A DNA stretch of 63,967 nucleotides, filler included, from Bonamia ostreae (GCA_040357525.1; 10 parts of 10 records of this genome joined end to end with filler, not necessarily neighbours in it), one strand, 5' to 3'; numbered from the whole stretch's first letter, positions 25,886 through 39,020 are shown. A program made the numbers and translations. The notes: generated by a model from the sequence alone, not told the origin.

Positions 25886-26218
25886 CTTGAAATGCAATTT
25901 TAACCATTTTTTGACAAAACTATTTTTGCGACATTTTGGAATTTTAGAGCTTTAGGGATTTTACAGTTTTAATATTGTTTGTTGTCGTTATTTTAATTTC
26001 AATATTTTAAGATTTGTGATCAGCAGTTGATTTTAAGATACATTTTTAATATTGCTTTGTGGTTCATTTATCAAAAAAAGTACAAAAATTAGAAAAAATT
26101 GTGGGAAAATGGTACAAANNNNNNNNNNNNNNNNNNNNNNNNNNNNNNNNNNNNNNNNNNNNTTAATTAATTAANNNNNNNNNNNNNNNNNNNNNNNNNN
26201 NNNNNNNNNNNNNNNNNN

Positions 26219-29200
26219 TTTTTGAATATTGCAACAAATTTCCCAAAACAATGCAAATTTTGGATTGTTATCAATCAATTCAGGATTATTTGTGCAACAA
26301 AGACATCAATTCCAATATTGAAAAATTTGATGAAGTTTTTGCAACAATTTTATCAAAAAATTTTGTTAAATATTAATTTTACCCATTTTTAAATTTGCGG
26401 TTTTGAAAATTTGATTAATACATTTGGCTAAATTTTATAAAAATTTAGTTTTTAACTCAAGAAGAACTAAATTTCGGTCTAAGAAATGGCGAAATTGTGC
26501 GCGGAAAAATCCATTTCGATTATAATTGGCAAGAAGCTTTTATCTATTTTGACAAATTTAGCCAAAACGAGGAAAATAGCGAAAAGTCTAAAATTCTGAT
26601 TTTGGGGAAAAATAATATAAACAGAGTTATTAACGGAGACGAAGTTTATGTCAAAATATTGCCAAGAAATTTGTGGCGGCGTTCTGCTTCAGAATCCATT
26701 GTTAACGAAGAGGGGGAAAATATTGATGAAGAGATAGATTATGTTTCAAATGTAAAAGACGATATTTCAAATTCGGAAAAAGATGATTTTGCGCCAAATG
26801 GAAAAGTTGTCGGTGTTTTCAAACGGAATTGGAGAACGTTTAAAAAACATTTTTTTGTTACTAAAAACCTAAAGTACTTGAATAAAATTGATCTGTAACA
26901 ACAAAAAGATACGTAGCAACATTCCAAATTGAAGAAGAAACAGACAAATTTCGAGAAAGTAATGAAATTTTACTCTGCGTTCCGTTTGATCCAAAGATAC
27001 CAAAAATCAGAGTACGCACCAGAAATGGCAACAAATACAAAAATTCGAGACTAAAAGTTGTCATTGACAATTGGGACGTCGATTCATTCTATCCGAATGG
27101 CCATTTATTGGGCGAACTTGGCAAAATTGGGGACTTGGAAACGGAAACTAAAGTCGTTTTGCTTGAAAACGGTTTGGAAATCGGCGATTTCGGGAAAATG
27201 GAGAACTGTCTGCCGAACGATTGGACCATTCCAAATGTTTTATCAACTGTAATTTAAAGGAAGAAATAGAAAAAAGAGAAGATTTGAGAAAGAGTAGAAC
27301 GGTTTTAAGCATTGATCCGATTGGTTGTGAGGATATTGATGACGCTTTAAGCGTTCATCAGATTTCTGAGAATGTTTATGAAATCGGAGTTCGTTTTTAT
27401 AAAAATCAAAATTTTGTAAAAAAACAAATTTGTAGAAAAAATGATAAAAAATAATTTTGTCGGAAAATGTCAAAATTGCAAAATGGCAAAAAACAAATTT
27501 GTAGAAAAAATGATAAAAATAATTTTGTCGGAAAATGTAAAAATTACAAAATGGTAAAAAAACAAATTTGTCGAAAAATGATAAAAAATAATGTCAAAAA
27601 ATATAAAAATTGGTGAAAAAAAGACATTGCCGATGTCACTTATTTTGTCCCAAAAAACTCTCCGATCGACAACGAAGCGCGTTACAGAGGAACGAGCGTT
27701 TATCTAAAAGATCGCAGAATCGACATGATTCCGAAAAGACTCTCTGCGAACGAGTGCTCGCTCCATAAAAACAAGGACCGTTTGGTCGTCTCCGTTTTTT
27801 GGAAAATCGATTTGAAAAAGAAAACTAAAATTTTGGAAAAATGGTTCCGCCGATCTATCGTTCGTTCTTCTGCTGCGTTAAGTTACGTTGAAGCCAATTT
27901 GATGTTGTTGCACCCCAACAAACACGATTTTGATGTAATGGTTTCAAAGCAAAACGGTTTTCGAAAAAATTTAGACGATGTACATATCTGATTGTTACGA
28001 TAAATTTTATAGAAAAGCAGAAAGAAATATTAGAGAAAACAAAATCGTTTGACGAAACAAAGTATAAAAAATTGCGAAAAGCAATTTTGACTTTGAGCGA
28101 GTTCGCCATTTTTTTAAGAATGGAAAGAGAAAACAACGGAGCAGTCAATTTTAATAAAAATTGGGAACTGAATTCTGAAGATTTCTTTCTCGATAATGTC
28201 AAAGATAAAGGTTTCTTGGTTTATCAATTCGGAGCTTAAAATCCGTCTTAAATCCGACATGTACAACTTGTTCAAAGACATTTTTACAAAAAATTCGATG
28301 GCGAGAATTCTGTAAAAAGTTGACAATAAATTTAATTTTAATGGATAAAATCGATAAAAGACAAATTTTTGAATATATTTGTTAATTAAATTCCAATAAA
28401 AAAAAATGATCAATTGTCTCTTTCTTTGTACTTTTAAATTTTTTGTTATTGATTGAAATAGACGTAATCTTAAATTTGCTTTGTTCGAATAAAAAAAACT
28501 TTAAAAGAAATAAACGAACTGGTAAAGAACATGAAAATAGACAAATCAGAAAAACTAATGAACGCGCACAATGTCATCGAGGAATTGATGGTCTTAGCAA
28601 ACCATTCCGTCGCAGTCCAAATATTGCAATCAAGTCCGAAAGAGGCTTTATTGAGAAGACATGGTTCGCCAGAGAAAAAGTCCTCTAAAGAAATGAATGA
28701 AAAATTGGCTAAAATTGGAGTTGAGAAGCTAAATTTTAGAACGAACAAAAGTTTGGCTCATTCGGTTGTCCAAGTGACAGCGTTAAAGCCAAAATTGGAT
28801 GGGATTATTAAGTTGTTTTTGCGTGTTGCCATGAGCGAGGCCGAGTTTTTTTGTTGTAACAATGAAAAAGTACTTTGTAAAATTAAAGAAATTTTTGCTT
28901 TGTGCTAATAATTATTGTGTTGTAACAATAAAAAGATATTTTTGCGCGGGCGATGAAAAATGTAGCGAAATTAGTCACTTTGGATTAGCGATTGATTGTT
29001 ACACCCACTTCACTTCGCCGATACGAAGATATTCTGATATTGTTGTGCACAGAAATCTCATCGAAAGCGCCGGATTTGACATTAATTCTTCTTTCAGAGA
29101 AAGTCCTTCAAAGAAAATCAAACCGAATCAAAATTGTTTTTATTAAAAGTACATTGTTCTGTCATCTTGAAAGTTGTTGTTTCAACCAATTAAAAGTACT

Positions 29201-29965
29201 TTTTTCTCTCTTTATAAAAGTCTTTGTTGCAAACAATTAAAAGTACTTTGTTCTGTCATTTTGAAAGTCGTTGTTGCAACCAGTTAAAAGTACTTTGTTC
29301 TGTCATTTCGAAATTTGTTGTTGGAATCCGATATAAATATTTCTTAATGAAGCGATAGAAGAGATAGGAACAAAAATCGAACAAATAAAAGAAATGGCGT
29401 TCCATTTAAACACAAAAAATCGATCCGCTCGAAACGCGCAAAGAATGTCAATAGAATTTTCGCGAATTTTGGAGCTAAAAAACCATTTTTATTACACCTT
29501 CGCAGTTATCATCGGTATCAAAGAAAATGGCTTCAAAGTTTTCGTACCGAATTTTCAAATTGAAATTGACGAGAACAGTGAAGACGATCAAGACAGTTCT
29601 TCGTTCCAAGGTACGATTTCGTTGTTACATTATTTATTGTTGTTGCAACTCTGCAATTGTTCAAACACTTCAACATAAAGGAGCCGTAGTTCTCAAAAAC
29701 AAAGAAGGAAAATTTAACGAACCATTTCCGATAAAGCAATCCAGAAAAACAGTTGAAAACCAAAATGACTGTTACATAGAAAAAATCGATGATACTCAAA
29801 TTTTGCTGAAAGTCCCTTCATGTTTTTGTATTAAATGTCGCAGTAAAAATAGAGAGAAGATTTGAATTAATGGAGAAAATCTGTGTGCAAATCGGAATCG
29901 ATCCCAATTCAAAGAACATTTATAGATTTCCTTCAATAAAGCTGCGCTTTGCTTTTGATAAATAG
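26219..29965 (+). CDS. DIS3-family exosome exoribonuclease (DIS3L-like; 5'-partial)
   Basis: [84 protein letters not shown]. Confidence 0.92.
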
Positions 29966-30050
29966 TTTCAAATGTTACCAGAAAAGTGAGTTAAAATTAA
30001 AATTGAACGGGATTTTATGGAGNNNNNNNNNNTATTAAAAACTGCAAAAT

Positions 30051-31510
30051 TTAATAAACAGTTTTGTCCCAAACGCGAATAGCCATCATTAAAACAGCGT
30101 CTTCTTTACCCGAAACAAAAATATTATATTTTGCATTTTCGTCCAAATTTCCATCTTTCAGCATGTTGTACATTATTACCGCTTTTCCCTTCACTGTTTC
30201 ATTAAAAAACCTTTTCCATTCTTATCGACAATGTCTCTTCTTCACTGTTGTCAGGTATTTTAATACTTCCGCCTTTATAAATATTTTTTAAACAAAGATA
30301 AGTAACAACAATTCAAAAGAGTAAATAGAAATTACTCAATAGAAACCATTATTGACAACATCCAAACACACGAAAACAGTGGCAAATCTATTGTTACCAT
30401 TTCTTACACTTCGTAAACCGCACTCTTTTCCCAAAAATTCGTGAACTGTGACATTTTTGGATTCGGCGTCAAATAAATAGAATTGCACATTCTCGGAAGC
30501 TTGTGCGAACGCAAAGTCTCTCGGTACTTTTAGAATATCAAATGCTCTTTTTACAGCATTCTCCAAAACGGGGCTGCTGCGACTTCCAGACCATCCCGTT
30601 TTTGTTCCGATATAATTTGTTTGGGCTCTCATTGTTACTGGTTCGTTTAAAAATTGTCACAAATATTAAAATTATAAAATTAAAAAAAAATTGGCACAGC
30701 CACAAACAATAAAAATTTCAAATTGTTACAGAAACCTTTATCTTTAAAGACATCAAACTCTTGCAATAAGTGACTGTATTGACTTGCAATAAATTTTGAT
30801 TCATCTTTCGACAAAAAACCGTTTATTGAAAACACCTTCGGAAACGTTCTCTCGGTTAACAACTTGTATTTCAAATCACCATTATCGCTATCTTTTGTAA
30901 CATCATTGACATTTTTATCGTTATTTTTCTTATTTTCGTTATCAATTTTTTTATAATCGTCGTCATTTTCCTCAACATTTTTTCCATTACTGTTATAACT
31001 AAAAATCTGGTATCCGTTTTCATTATCACTAAAATTTTCAATGCCATTGTTGTCATTATTGCAATCAAGAGAAAATTTTCTTGCAGACGATTTGGCGATT
31101 TGCTCAAAATTTTTATAATTCGCGTTCCACATAAACGATTTGACGGGAGCACGCAAGACATCTCCTTTCCACTCGATGCCGTTTTCTTCAAAATACTTTT
31201 GGCGAAAGTAATTTGAATAGTTTGATAGCAGTTTTTGTCTAGCGACGATTTTGGGTTGGGGAATTATTGACAAATGTTCGCCGTCCGAAAAGACTTCGAA
31301 TTCTTGTTGCCTTTCTCCAGTCAAAGCGTCAACAGCCCAAAGATTGGCCGGCGATTTAGTGTAACCTTCGATGGTTTCTCCGGGAGAAATGTCTTGATAT
31401 TGATAATCAGCAAAATTGGATTTGCTTTTATCAAAAAAGGACATTTTTCTGTCTGTGTCATTGGTGACAGTGAAAGTGAAATATTGCTCAGAAGTTTTGT
31501 TTTCGCCCAT
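30051..31510 (-). CDS. prolyl 4-hydroxylase alpha-like protein, apparently degenerate active site (5' end uncertain)
   Basis: PKVFSINGFLSKDE, ENVQF, NRFATVFVCLDVVNNG, KGKAVIMYNMLKDGNLD, RVWD follow the P4H motif order. Confidence 0.7.
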
Positions 31511-32166
31511 TTTTAAATATTTTGTTTTTGACTTTTCTGTTTTGGATTTTTTGTTTTAGTAATTTTTTTGTTTTCTTAAATTAATATTAAAAATGGAAAA
31601 TTTATGGGGGCAATAATAAATATTAACTTGATTCTGTAATTATAACATTTTTATTTTGAACAAGTTAAAAAGTAGTAATAAAACAAATGGCATTAACAAT
31701 TACAAAAGTTTTCTGAAACTTATTTATACAACATGTCCTGAAAAAACGTAAACTTTTGTTCCAGTAAAAACGGAGCGTTTGGTGGAACGAAAAGAATAAA
31801 TCAAAATAACGCAATCATTTTGAAAACAAAGAAATAATAGTTTTTAAATAATAATAAAGATTTGATCAAATATTCAATTTACTTTTCATCCTTTGTGGGC
31901 AGAATACATATCGTTTGATTAGATATGTTTTGAAAAAGTTGAAATGTTTTAAAACAATGCAAAATTATAAAATTCTAAGAAAACGAACGTAGAAATTTAT
32001 GCACAAAGACTTTTTAGATTTTTGTAAATAAGAGAATGGAAAAAACGTGAATTTTGTATCCGTTTAAAAAGAATAACAAAAAATTAAAATGCTAAAGTCT
32101 TGTAGAAAATTTCCTAAAATTTTTGCAGTGAAAATATAATCGAAGAAGAACAAAAATCCTCTTTTA

Positions 32167-32644
32167 TTGACAAAACAAAAATTCTCTTTATCAGAAAAGA
32201 AGAACATTGTCAATTACGTAACGGAAATATGGCACTTAACTGAGGCCACACTTTACAGAAAATCCATAAATTCAGTCAATCGTTTCTATACGTTAATTTT
32301 AAGCTCACTACCAAAATATCATTATATTATTTATCTTAAATTTCAAATATTGGCGAAGATTATGGAAAGCTTGGAACAGGCAAAATCTTATTTAACAAGT
32401 AAAGCAGAAGAAATACAAATCAATCCTGTTTTAGGGCCGACTTGCACAGTGGGCTCAATCGAGTCCATGTTGGACCCTTCAACAAGAGCTGAATCTCAAT
32501 TTGAAGGAAATAGTTACAAACTCTATAACCAAATAGTTTGATGCAGAATAATATTTAAAGACAAGTTTGAGAAAAGAAGGAATTGAACACATTCGAAATG
32601 TTTATGGCAATCGTAATATTTCCATTGCTCTTCCATCAGTTCTT
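32167..32644 (+). CDS. hypothetical protein (3'-partial)
   Basis: 124-aa ORF and following exon-like sequence; no family recognised. Confidence 0.3.
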
Positions 32645-32929
32645 NNNNNNNNNNNNNNNNNNNNNNNNNNNNNNNNNNNNNNNNNNNNTTAATTAATTAA
32701 NNNNNNNNNNNNNNNNNNNNNNNNNNNNNNNNNNNNNNNNNNNNCATCAAACCATCGCCATTTTTAAATTTTTAAATAACGATTTATATCGTCATCTAAT
32801 TTCTTAAAATTATCGCCCTTCTTTCTACAACATCTTTTACAAAATTAGGCGAAACAGCCAAAAACAATGACGGAAAGTCTTGTTGCTAAAAAATCTCGTT
32901 CAAAGTCATATGACATTTATCGCTTATTC

Positions 32930-33993
32930 TTATTTTGCGAATTCCTTTGCTTTGTTCCTCTCCGAAATAAGCTCTTCTTCTGTTTTCTTAATGGCTTCCT
33001 TCATTTCTGGTGAGAATTCGTGCCCTTCCTTGATGGTCCATTCCCCGTTTTTGACCGTGACCGGGAACGAAAAAATCAGTTCGGAATCGATTCCGTAGGG
33101 ATTCCCGTCAGAGCACACACACATCGAAACAGTTTCGTTCCCGGGAGTGCCGAAATGCCAACTGTTGATGTGGTCCTTTGTTGCGTTGGCCGCACTTATG
33201 CTCGACGTTACCCCGCGGTACTCGACTATTTTGTAGAAACGGCCTCGCAAAAACTCTTGGAATTCAGTTCGCAAAAATTCGTCGTCGTTCAGTTTTGGTT
33301 CAAGCGCTTCGCCGCAGACAACGGCGCTCCGTGTCGAGCAGTATCTAATTGTTATAATGGCATTAAAACTGAGTACGAGAATGGTTGCCCCAAATGGCCA
33401 CGTTTTGGACTTTTTCGTTTGGCACTTTCAGCCTTCGCGCCAGTTCTGAAATCGCTCTGTTGTGGTCCAGACGAGTCAGAGCCGAAAAGTTTTTCTTCGG
33501 AATCGACGGAGCGTTTTGCATTAACGTCAGAGCGTTCGTGTTGGCTGGGTTCGCGACGACAACGACTTTCACGCTTTTCTTCGCGTGTTCGTTAATGGCT
33601 TTCCCCATTTGCGAAAAAATGGGGACGTTTCCAGACAAAAGACTGTCTCTTTCAAAGTTCTTCCACGAACCTTTGACGGAGAATCCGCCGATCAAAACAG
33701 CCCAGTCGATGTCTTTGCAAGCGACATCGAGTTGATCGGTGATGACCGTTTTGTCGACGAGTTTGTACGCGCAATCTTCAATCTCCATCTCGACTCCGCG
33801 AAGTTTTTTCATGCAAGGTGGGATTTCGAGCAGATGCAAAATCACTTTTTGTTTGTCGCCGAAGACGTTTCCGTTTGCTATCTTTGGTAACGACAGAATT
33901 TGATGGCGCGTTAAGATTAAAAACGAGGGGAATCATAGAAGCAGCGATCTGTCCAGCAGCGCCGGAGACGAGTATCTTAATCGGTTTACTCAT
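32930..33993 (-). CDS. cytosolic malate-dehydrogenase-family enzyme with altered specificity loop
   Basis: SGAAGQIA, VILHLLEIP, GVEMEIEDCA, VVVANPANTNAL, LTRLDHNRA, IWGNHS, FSFPV; introns 33882-33924 and 33345-33369. Confidence 0.95.
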
Positions 33994-34283
33994 TCCAACT
34001 TGATTGCAGTGATTTTATTTATTTTATAATAAAAATATTTTTTTCAAGTTAAACTTCAATTATATTTTTTTTCAAAGTTGTTTGTTTGTAGTTTTCTATT
34101 AAATTTGGCAAATTTAATTTTTTAATCAAATTTCTTCATCTCTTCGTCATCAAATTTTTTAATTTTTTCATCCTTTCCGGTGGTACATATTTGATCACCT
34201 TTTTAAAACCCAAATCGTCTTTCTATCCGTCAATGATATTTTAAACGTTCGTAACCAATTAAAACAAATTTTATAATTTAAAA

Positions 34284-35157
34284 ATGGCTGAACAGCAAAA
34301 TAGAATCTCTGAGAATAGCGATTACACTAAAATCGGTTTTCTCGGAACACTTTGCAATAATCTGATAAAACTAAACAGATGTTTTAATTGCTATTTTGAA
34401 GCTACGCTATTTATAAACGGGTTAAATATTGGATTGTTTTTGCGATACCTAATTCCAATTTCTGAGAGGACTGCTTTTTACAATTCTATAAGAAGGGTCT
34501 GCGCGTTACCATTAAATGTCAAAAGTTATTTCCCGAATATAAAAATCGTTGATTCAGAGTATGTTTATGCGGCAAATATTAACTTTGTTACATTAAACAA
34601 AGTACTGGAGTATCATAAATTGAGCGATGTTGAAGCAGGTAATTATTTGACAAAATAATTTATCAAACGTTAGTTGATATTAATTATTTCATAAAACAGA
34701 ATCTTTGCTGTACCAACTATTAAAATTCTGCTTATCTGCTTTTCGCTCAAAATGCAAATTGATTAATTTTTCCGTAAACAATGTCGTTCTTGACAATTTT
34801 GGGTTTGTCAGAATAATCGAGTATGGGATGATAAACCCCCTTTATTATTGCGATTTTGATATCTTCAGAACAAATTTTTTGCAACTAAAAACGATTCTGC
34901 TGGATCTGTTAGTCAAAAGTAGTCCAGAATTGAAAAATGAATATATTCAGTTTGTTAGGGATTTGGGTGTTTTGGGATCTTCAGATTTATCAGTAGTTAT
35001 TGATCGCTACAAAAATAAAAAAGAAAAGATATTTTTAAAGCACTTTAATCAAACTGGAAATAATTTATGCTGTCGTATTCTCAACGCAGAGCAAATATTA
35101 ATAAATATTAGATCTCACTCAGATAATCCACCTGCTATTCCCGCTTTGTATTATTAA
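34284..35157 (+). CDS. divergent kinase-fold (pseudokinase-like) protein
   Basis: NFSVNNVVLDNFGFVRIIEYGM resembles DLKPENVLLD..G.VKI.DFG; two ORFs joinable by one short intron. Confidence 0.4.
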
Positions 35158-36003
35158 ATCTAAAAACTGTTTTTAACTTATTAAAAATATTTTATCCATC
35201 ACAAACAATTAAATAATTTACATTTTCCAATTTACAATCTTTCTAAAGAAATCAAAATCTGAAATGTTTTAAAATTTAAATTTTTTATTTAAAAATTTGT
35301 ATCTAATTATTCCAGAGACATCATTTTAATATAAAATTTGACTTACAACGCGGTTAATGTTCATTACAATTTTTATGATTTTTAGTATTGAGATATTTGG
35401 CTACATAAAGTCATTGTTCGTTATTTTAGATAATTATTTTTTCCAATTTTACTCGATGTTAATCAAAAACGTCGTTTTAATAAATTTCGTTACGCAACTT
35501 TTTAGTCTGGATTGCCACCTTGTTTTTCTAGAACAAACCGTTTGTTTTTCTACAACTTTTTTTAGCAAAATTTTCACATTCTTTTTCAAAATTGTTTTTC
35601 GTTTTTGGTGATTTAAAAGACGGTTTGAATATGTTTAAAGATGAATCTTGAACAGTTATTAAAATTGGTCGAAATGAGATTAAACGCGAAGTCTTCGAAA
35701 AAGAAGTTGTTAAGTGAATTGTGATAACTGTTACATTTGAAATTGTGATATTAAAACAACTGCCGCAATTCTTCGAACAGAAATGGCGAAACGTAAAATA
35801 GAGAGATTTGATTAAATTTTTATTGACCAAAATGGCATCAATTCGAAGTAAATATCTTTGACCCAAAAATAAAATCTAATTTTTGAATATTCGGATAAAA
35901 TAACAAATGAACCGAAAATCGCTTCTAAAAAATAACAAATGAACCGATTAATAAACTGATAAATATTCTTCACATAAAATAATTAAACAGCCGCAAATTA
36001 ATA

Positions 36004-36801
36004 ATGTGCATCGAAATACCTTTTTTGATTGAAATTTTTAGTCTCTCAACCATTTTTTCGATATTTTTGATAATGTGTATCGTAAAACGACACAAAAAAT
36101 ATAGAGAGAGCGACAAGAATGACTTTTTTTACATGCAAAAGTTGTTACCACCTTCGATTCTTTTCTTCACAGGATTAATGGGTTTAACACTTACTTTAAT
36201 ACATTACTTTCTGCCGCATATTCGCTTGAAATATTTTGTTATTTATCCGGTCAACATCAATTTCGTCACAAGTGTATTGTTTTTATATGTAATGCACACA
36301 AATCGAATTTCAGGAAAAGTTTGTCTGTCTTTATACGCTGTTTTTATTATTGTAAACACTTTTCTGTGGATATTTGTAGAGAGTTACAGTTTGGAAAGAT
36401 ATTCAAAGAATTCTGGAGTTGTCTCAATAATTTTTGTGGTTGCTGCAAAAATTTTTATATCTATTGAGAGTTATTTTTACACAAAAAAGACTCAACCCGG
36501 CGAAATCCAGAAAAAAATTCTTTATTCTAAATCTAAAGAAATGTTTACAATCGATTTTGTGTCGATTTATGTTGTGTCGATACTTCAACTTGTCTACTTT
36601 TTTGATTTTGAGTTTAGAGTTTGGACTGACATTACTATTTTTATTTCCATTTGGTTTGTTTGGGGGATTGGTACCAACATTTATTTGTTTGCCAAAAAAT
36701 TACCCAATGATATTACTGTAATCAATCCACAAAATGATCCCAATAACTCTGAAAATAATGGATGTGTTACAGAAAGTAATCTTGATACTCTGTTATATTA
36801 A
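36004..36801 (+). CDS. intronless multi-pass membrane protein (~6-7 TM)
   Basis: 265-aa ORF with repeated hydrophobic segments and a polar C-tail. Confidence 0.75.
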   Translation: MCIEIPFLIEIFSLSTIFSIFLIMCIVKRHKKYRESDKNDFFYMQKLLPPSILFFTGLMGLTLTLIHYFLPHIRLKYFVIYPVNINFVTSVLFLYVMHTNRISGKVCLSLYAVFIIVNTFLWIFVESYSLERYSKNSGVVSIIFVVAAKIFISIESYFYTKKTQPGEIQKKILYSKSKEMFTIDFVSIYVVSILQLVYFFDFEFRVWTDITIFISIWFVWGIGTNIYLFAKKLPNDITVINPQNDPNNSENNGCVTESNLDTLLY

Positions 36802-37055
36802 ATAAAACAATCTTACATTTAAATTATTTCTTCTCGTTATCTTAATTAGAAATTGCATCGCAATTTCGGTGCTTCAATTCGCTGTCTCATTATATTAACA
36901 TCATCGTCAAATAAACCGTAAAAACAATGCAAACGATATTAAAACGATATCAAAAAACAAAAAATGTCGCAAATAAAAATTTGAAAATTTTATATGTGTG
37001 AAAGATTTTTACTGTAACTACACTCATTTTTCTCACTCAACACGGCGTATTTTCG

Positions 37056-37766
37056 ATGACATTAAATTTTATTATAAAAAATCGGCAATTAAATAATAAA
37101 ATGTTACCGAAATGCAATCATTATAATTCAGAAATGGCGATTCTGCATTCTTTAATTATAAGTTCTTTGGCATTTCCATTGTTAAGGTTAAGTGCGTTAG
37201 GAAAATTGCCTTCAAAGTTTTATTTTGAAGTTGATTTGATTCTTATCACATGTTTGGGAGCAATATTAGACTATTTTTTGATCTTATTCCAAACCTGGAC
37301 GGAAATTTTGAACGTAATGGTGGTTTTGATATTCTCGACATTTGCGATTTTGACCATGTTATTTAGAGTAACAAAAAAATCGTTTAATTTGTTGTTGCCG
37401 TTTTCATACTTGATGTCTTTGACTGTTTTTTTCGCATCAATATTTATTGACGGGAAAACAATTGCGAACAAAAGCGCCAATTTGGGATTTATCGGGTCGA
37501 TTTTTTTGATTGTGATGTTAATAAGATTATTTTATGCTCTCGAAAATTCGATCCGGAAATTTACCTTTCTCGTCATTTTTTTGGATTTTTCTTTGATTGT
37601 TGTCCATTTTCTGTTTGCTTTTAAAGCCCAATTAAATTTTGACGTTGTTTTCGCGATTAAAGAGATTTATTTTGTTTCTACTTTGACGGCATTGGCGATT
37701 ATTTATATTATTGAATTCAACAACGAAGAAAAAATTAACGTTGGTATTGAAACCGCCGAATATTAA
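37056..37766 (+). CDS. intronless multi-pass membrane protein (~6-7 TM; start may be 37101)
   Basis: 236-aa hydrophobic ORF in tandem with 36004-36801. Confidence 0.75.
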   Translation: MTLNFIIKNRQLNNKMLPKCNHYNSEMAILHSLIISSLAFPLLRLSALGKLPSKFYFEVDLILITCLGAILDYFLILFQTWTEILNVMVVLIFSTFAILTMLFRVTKKSFNLLLPFSYLMSLTVFFASIFIDGKTIANKSANLGFIGSIFLIVMLIRLFYALENSIRKFTFLVIFLDFSLIVVHFLFAFKAQLNFDVVFAIKEIYFVSTLTALAIIYIIEFNNEEKINVGIETAEY

Positions 37767-37890
37767 ATGATTACTTCTTTTTTGCCATTTTTTCAAACAA
37801 CATAATCAGAATTTTTGGAAATTTGTAAATTAATCAGAATTTTTGAATTCATCCATATTAATATTTGATGTGAAAAATGTGAAATATAAT

Positions 37891-38176
37891 TTATTCAATG
37901 TATTTTTGGCATCTATACTTTAGATGTTTTTTGTTGCAGCGCCGAGAACAAAAATGTGCATTACAAACGGTGCAGCTGTAGTCCGAGAAAAAACCGCAAA
38001 CCGAACAAAATTTTCTTGGAGGAATGTTAGAAGGCCCACTTCTTATATTTAGAATTGTGGGAACGCCCTTCGGAGTCAGATGAAGCCCCTTTAAATATAG
38101 AAAATTTTGTTGAAACCGATTCGAAGACAATTTGATCAAACTTATAGACCCTTCTTTTGCGTTTTTTGGAATCCAT
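37891..38176 (-). CDS. ZNHIT1: HIT zinc-finger SWR1 subunit (Vps71/Swc6/ZNHIT1), short
   Basis: GPSNIPPRKFCSVCGFFSDYSCTVCNAHFCSRRCNKKHLKYRC; 28-nt intron. Confidence 0.85.
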
Positions 38177-38248
38177 TTTTAAGCTTGATCGAATAACAAA
38201 TATACAACTTTTTAGGATAGTTTCATATAAAATCCAAACCAGTTTGAA

Positions 38249-39020
38249 ATGTTCCTCAAAATATTTTTAATGTTGGTGATCGCTGTTAAATCAGCTGATT
38301 TGAACCCGGCCGAGGTTTGCGGCAAAAAAATTCCGAAAAAAATCGCGAACGCCACAAATTGGCTAAAACCGAGATTTAAATTAGTACAAGGAAAAACCGG
38401 TCTCGTCTGCGCATTAATTTGGCAAACCAATCGTGTCGAAAGAAGCTTTAAAACAGATCCGCTGAAAAGTTCTTTTGATTTCCTCAACAATTTTTGGCTC
38501 AACAATTTTTGGCTAATTTTCTCAACAATTTTTGGCTCAACAATTTTTGGCTAATTTTCTCAATAATTTTCGCCATTTAATATCAAATTTTTGAGCTTAT
38601 AAACTTTATTTTTATTCGAAAATTTAAAAGTGTGTCTTTTCAATAAACCGGATAACGGTCATTTTGCCGATCGCAAATTCAAAAATTCGACTTTTGTTCT
38701 TAACGAAGATGAGCTTCTAATTCATTGCGACGAAAGTTTTTTTTGATTAAGCGAAAGATTTTTGGGTTAAAGGATCACACCAGAAAATGACAAGTTTCCT
38801 TGTACGTTGCGTCGAAAGCTCTCCGATCAATATGAGAGAATGCGTTAATTTTGAATACGAAGATTTGCAAAGAGAATTTTTGGATATAAGCAACGGAAAT
38901 TTTTTATACGAAATATCGATCGCATCTTTCTTTTATTTGCTTTCCACGATTTATTTCGCGAAAACCATTTCGATTATTTTGAACCATTTGGAAGCGTCTT
39001 TTTATTATTTGAGTAAATAA
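38249..39020 (+). CDS. signal-peptide protein with C-terminal hydrophobic segment, multi-exon
   Basis: MFLKIFLMLVIAVKS; Cys-containing exons; repeat-filled intron ~38469-38628. Confidence 0.55.

Noticed and set aside
33020-34003. Plus-strand ORFs over MDH (likewise those opposite PGK, the 44611 gene and POLQ-like)
   Set aside because: Antisense shadows of GC-richer coding sequence
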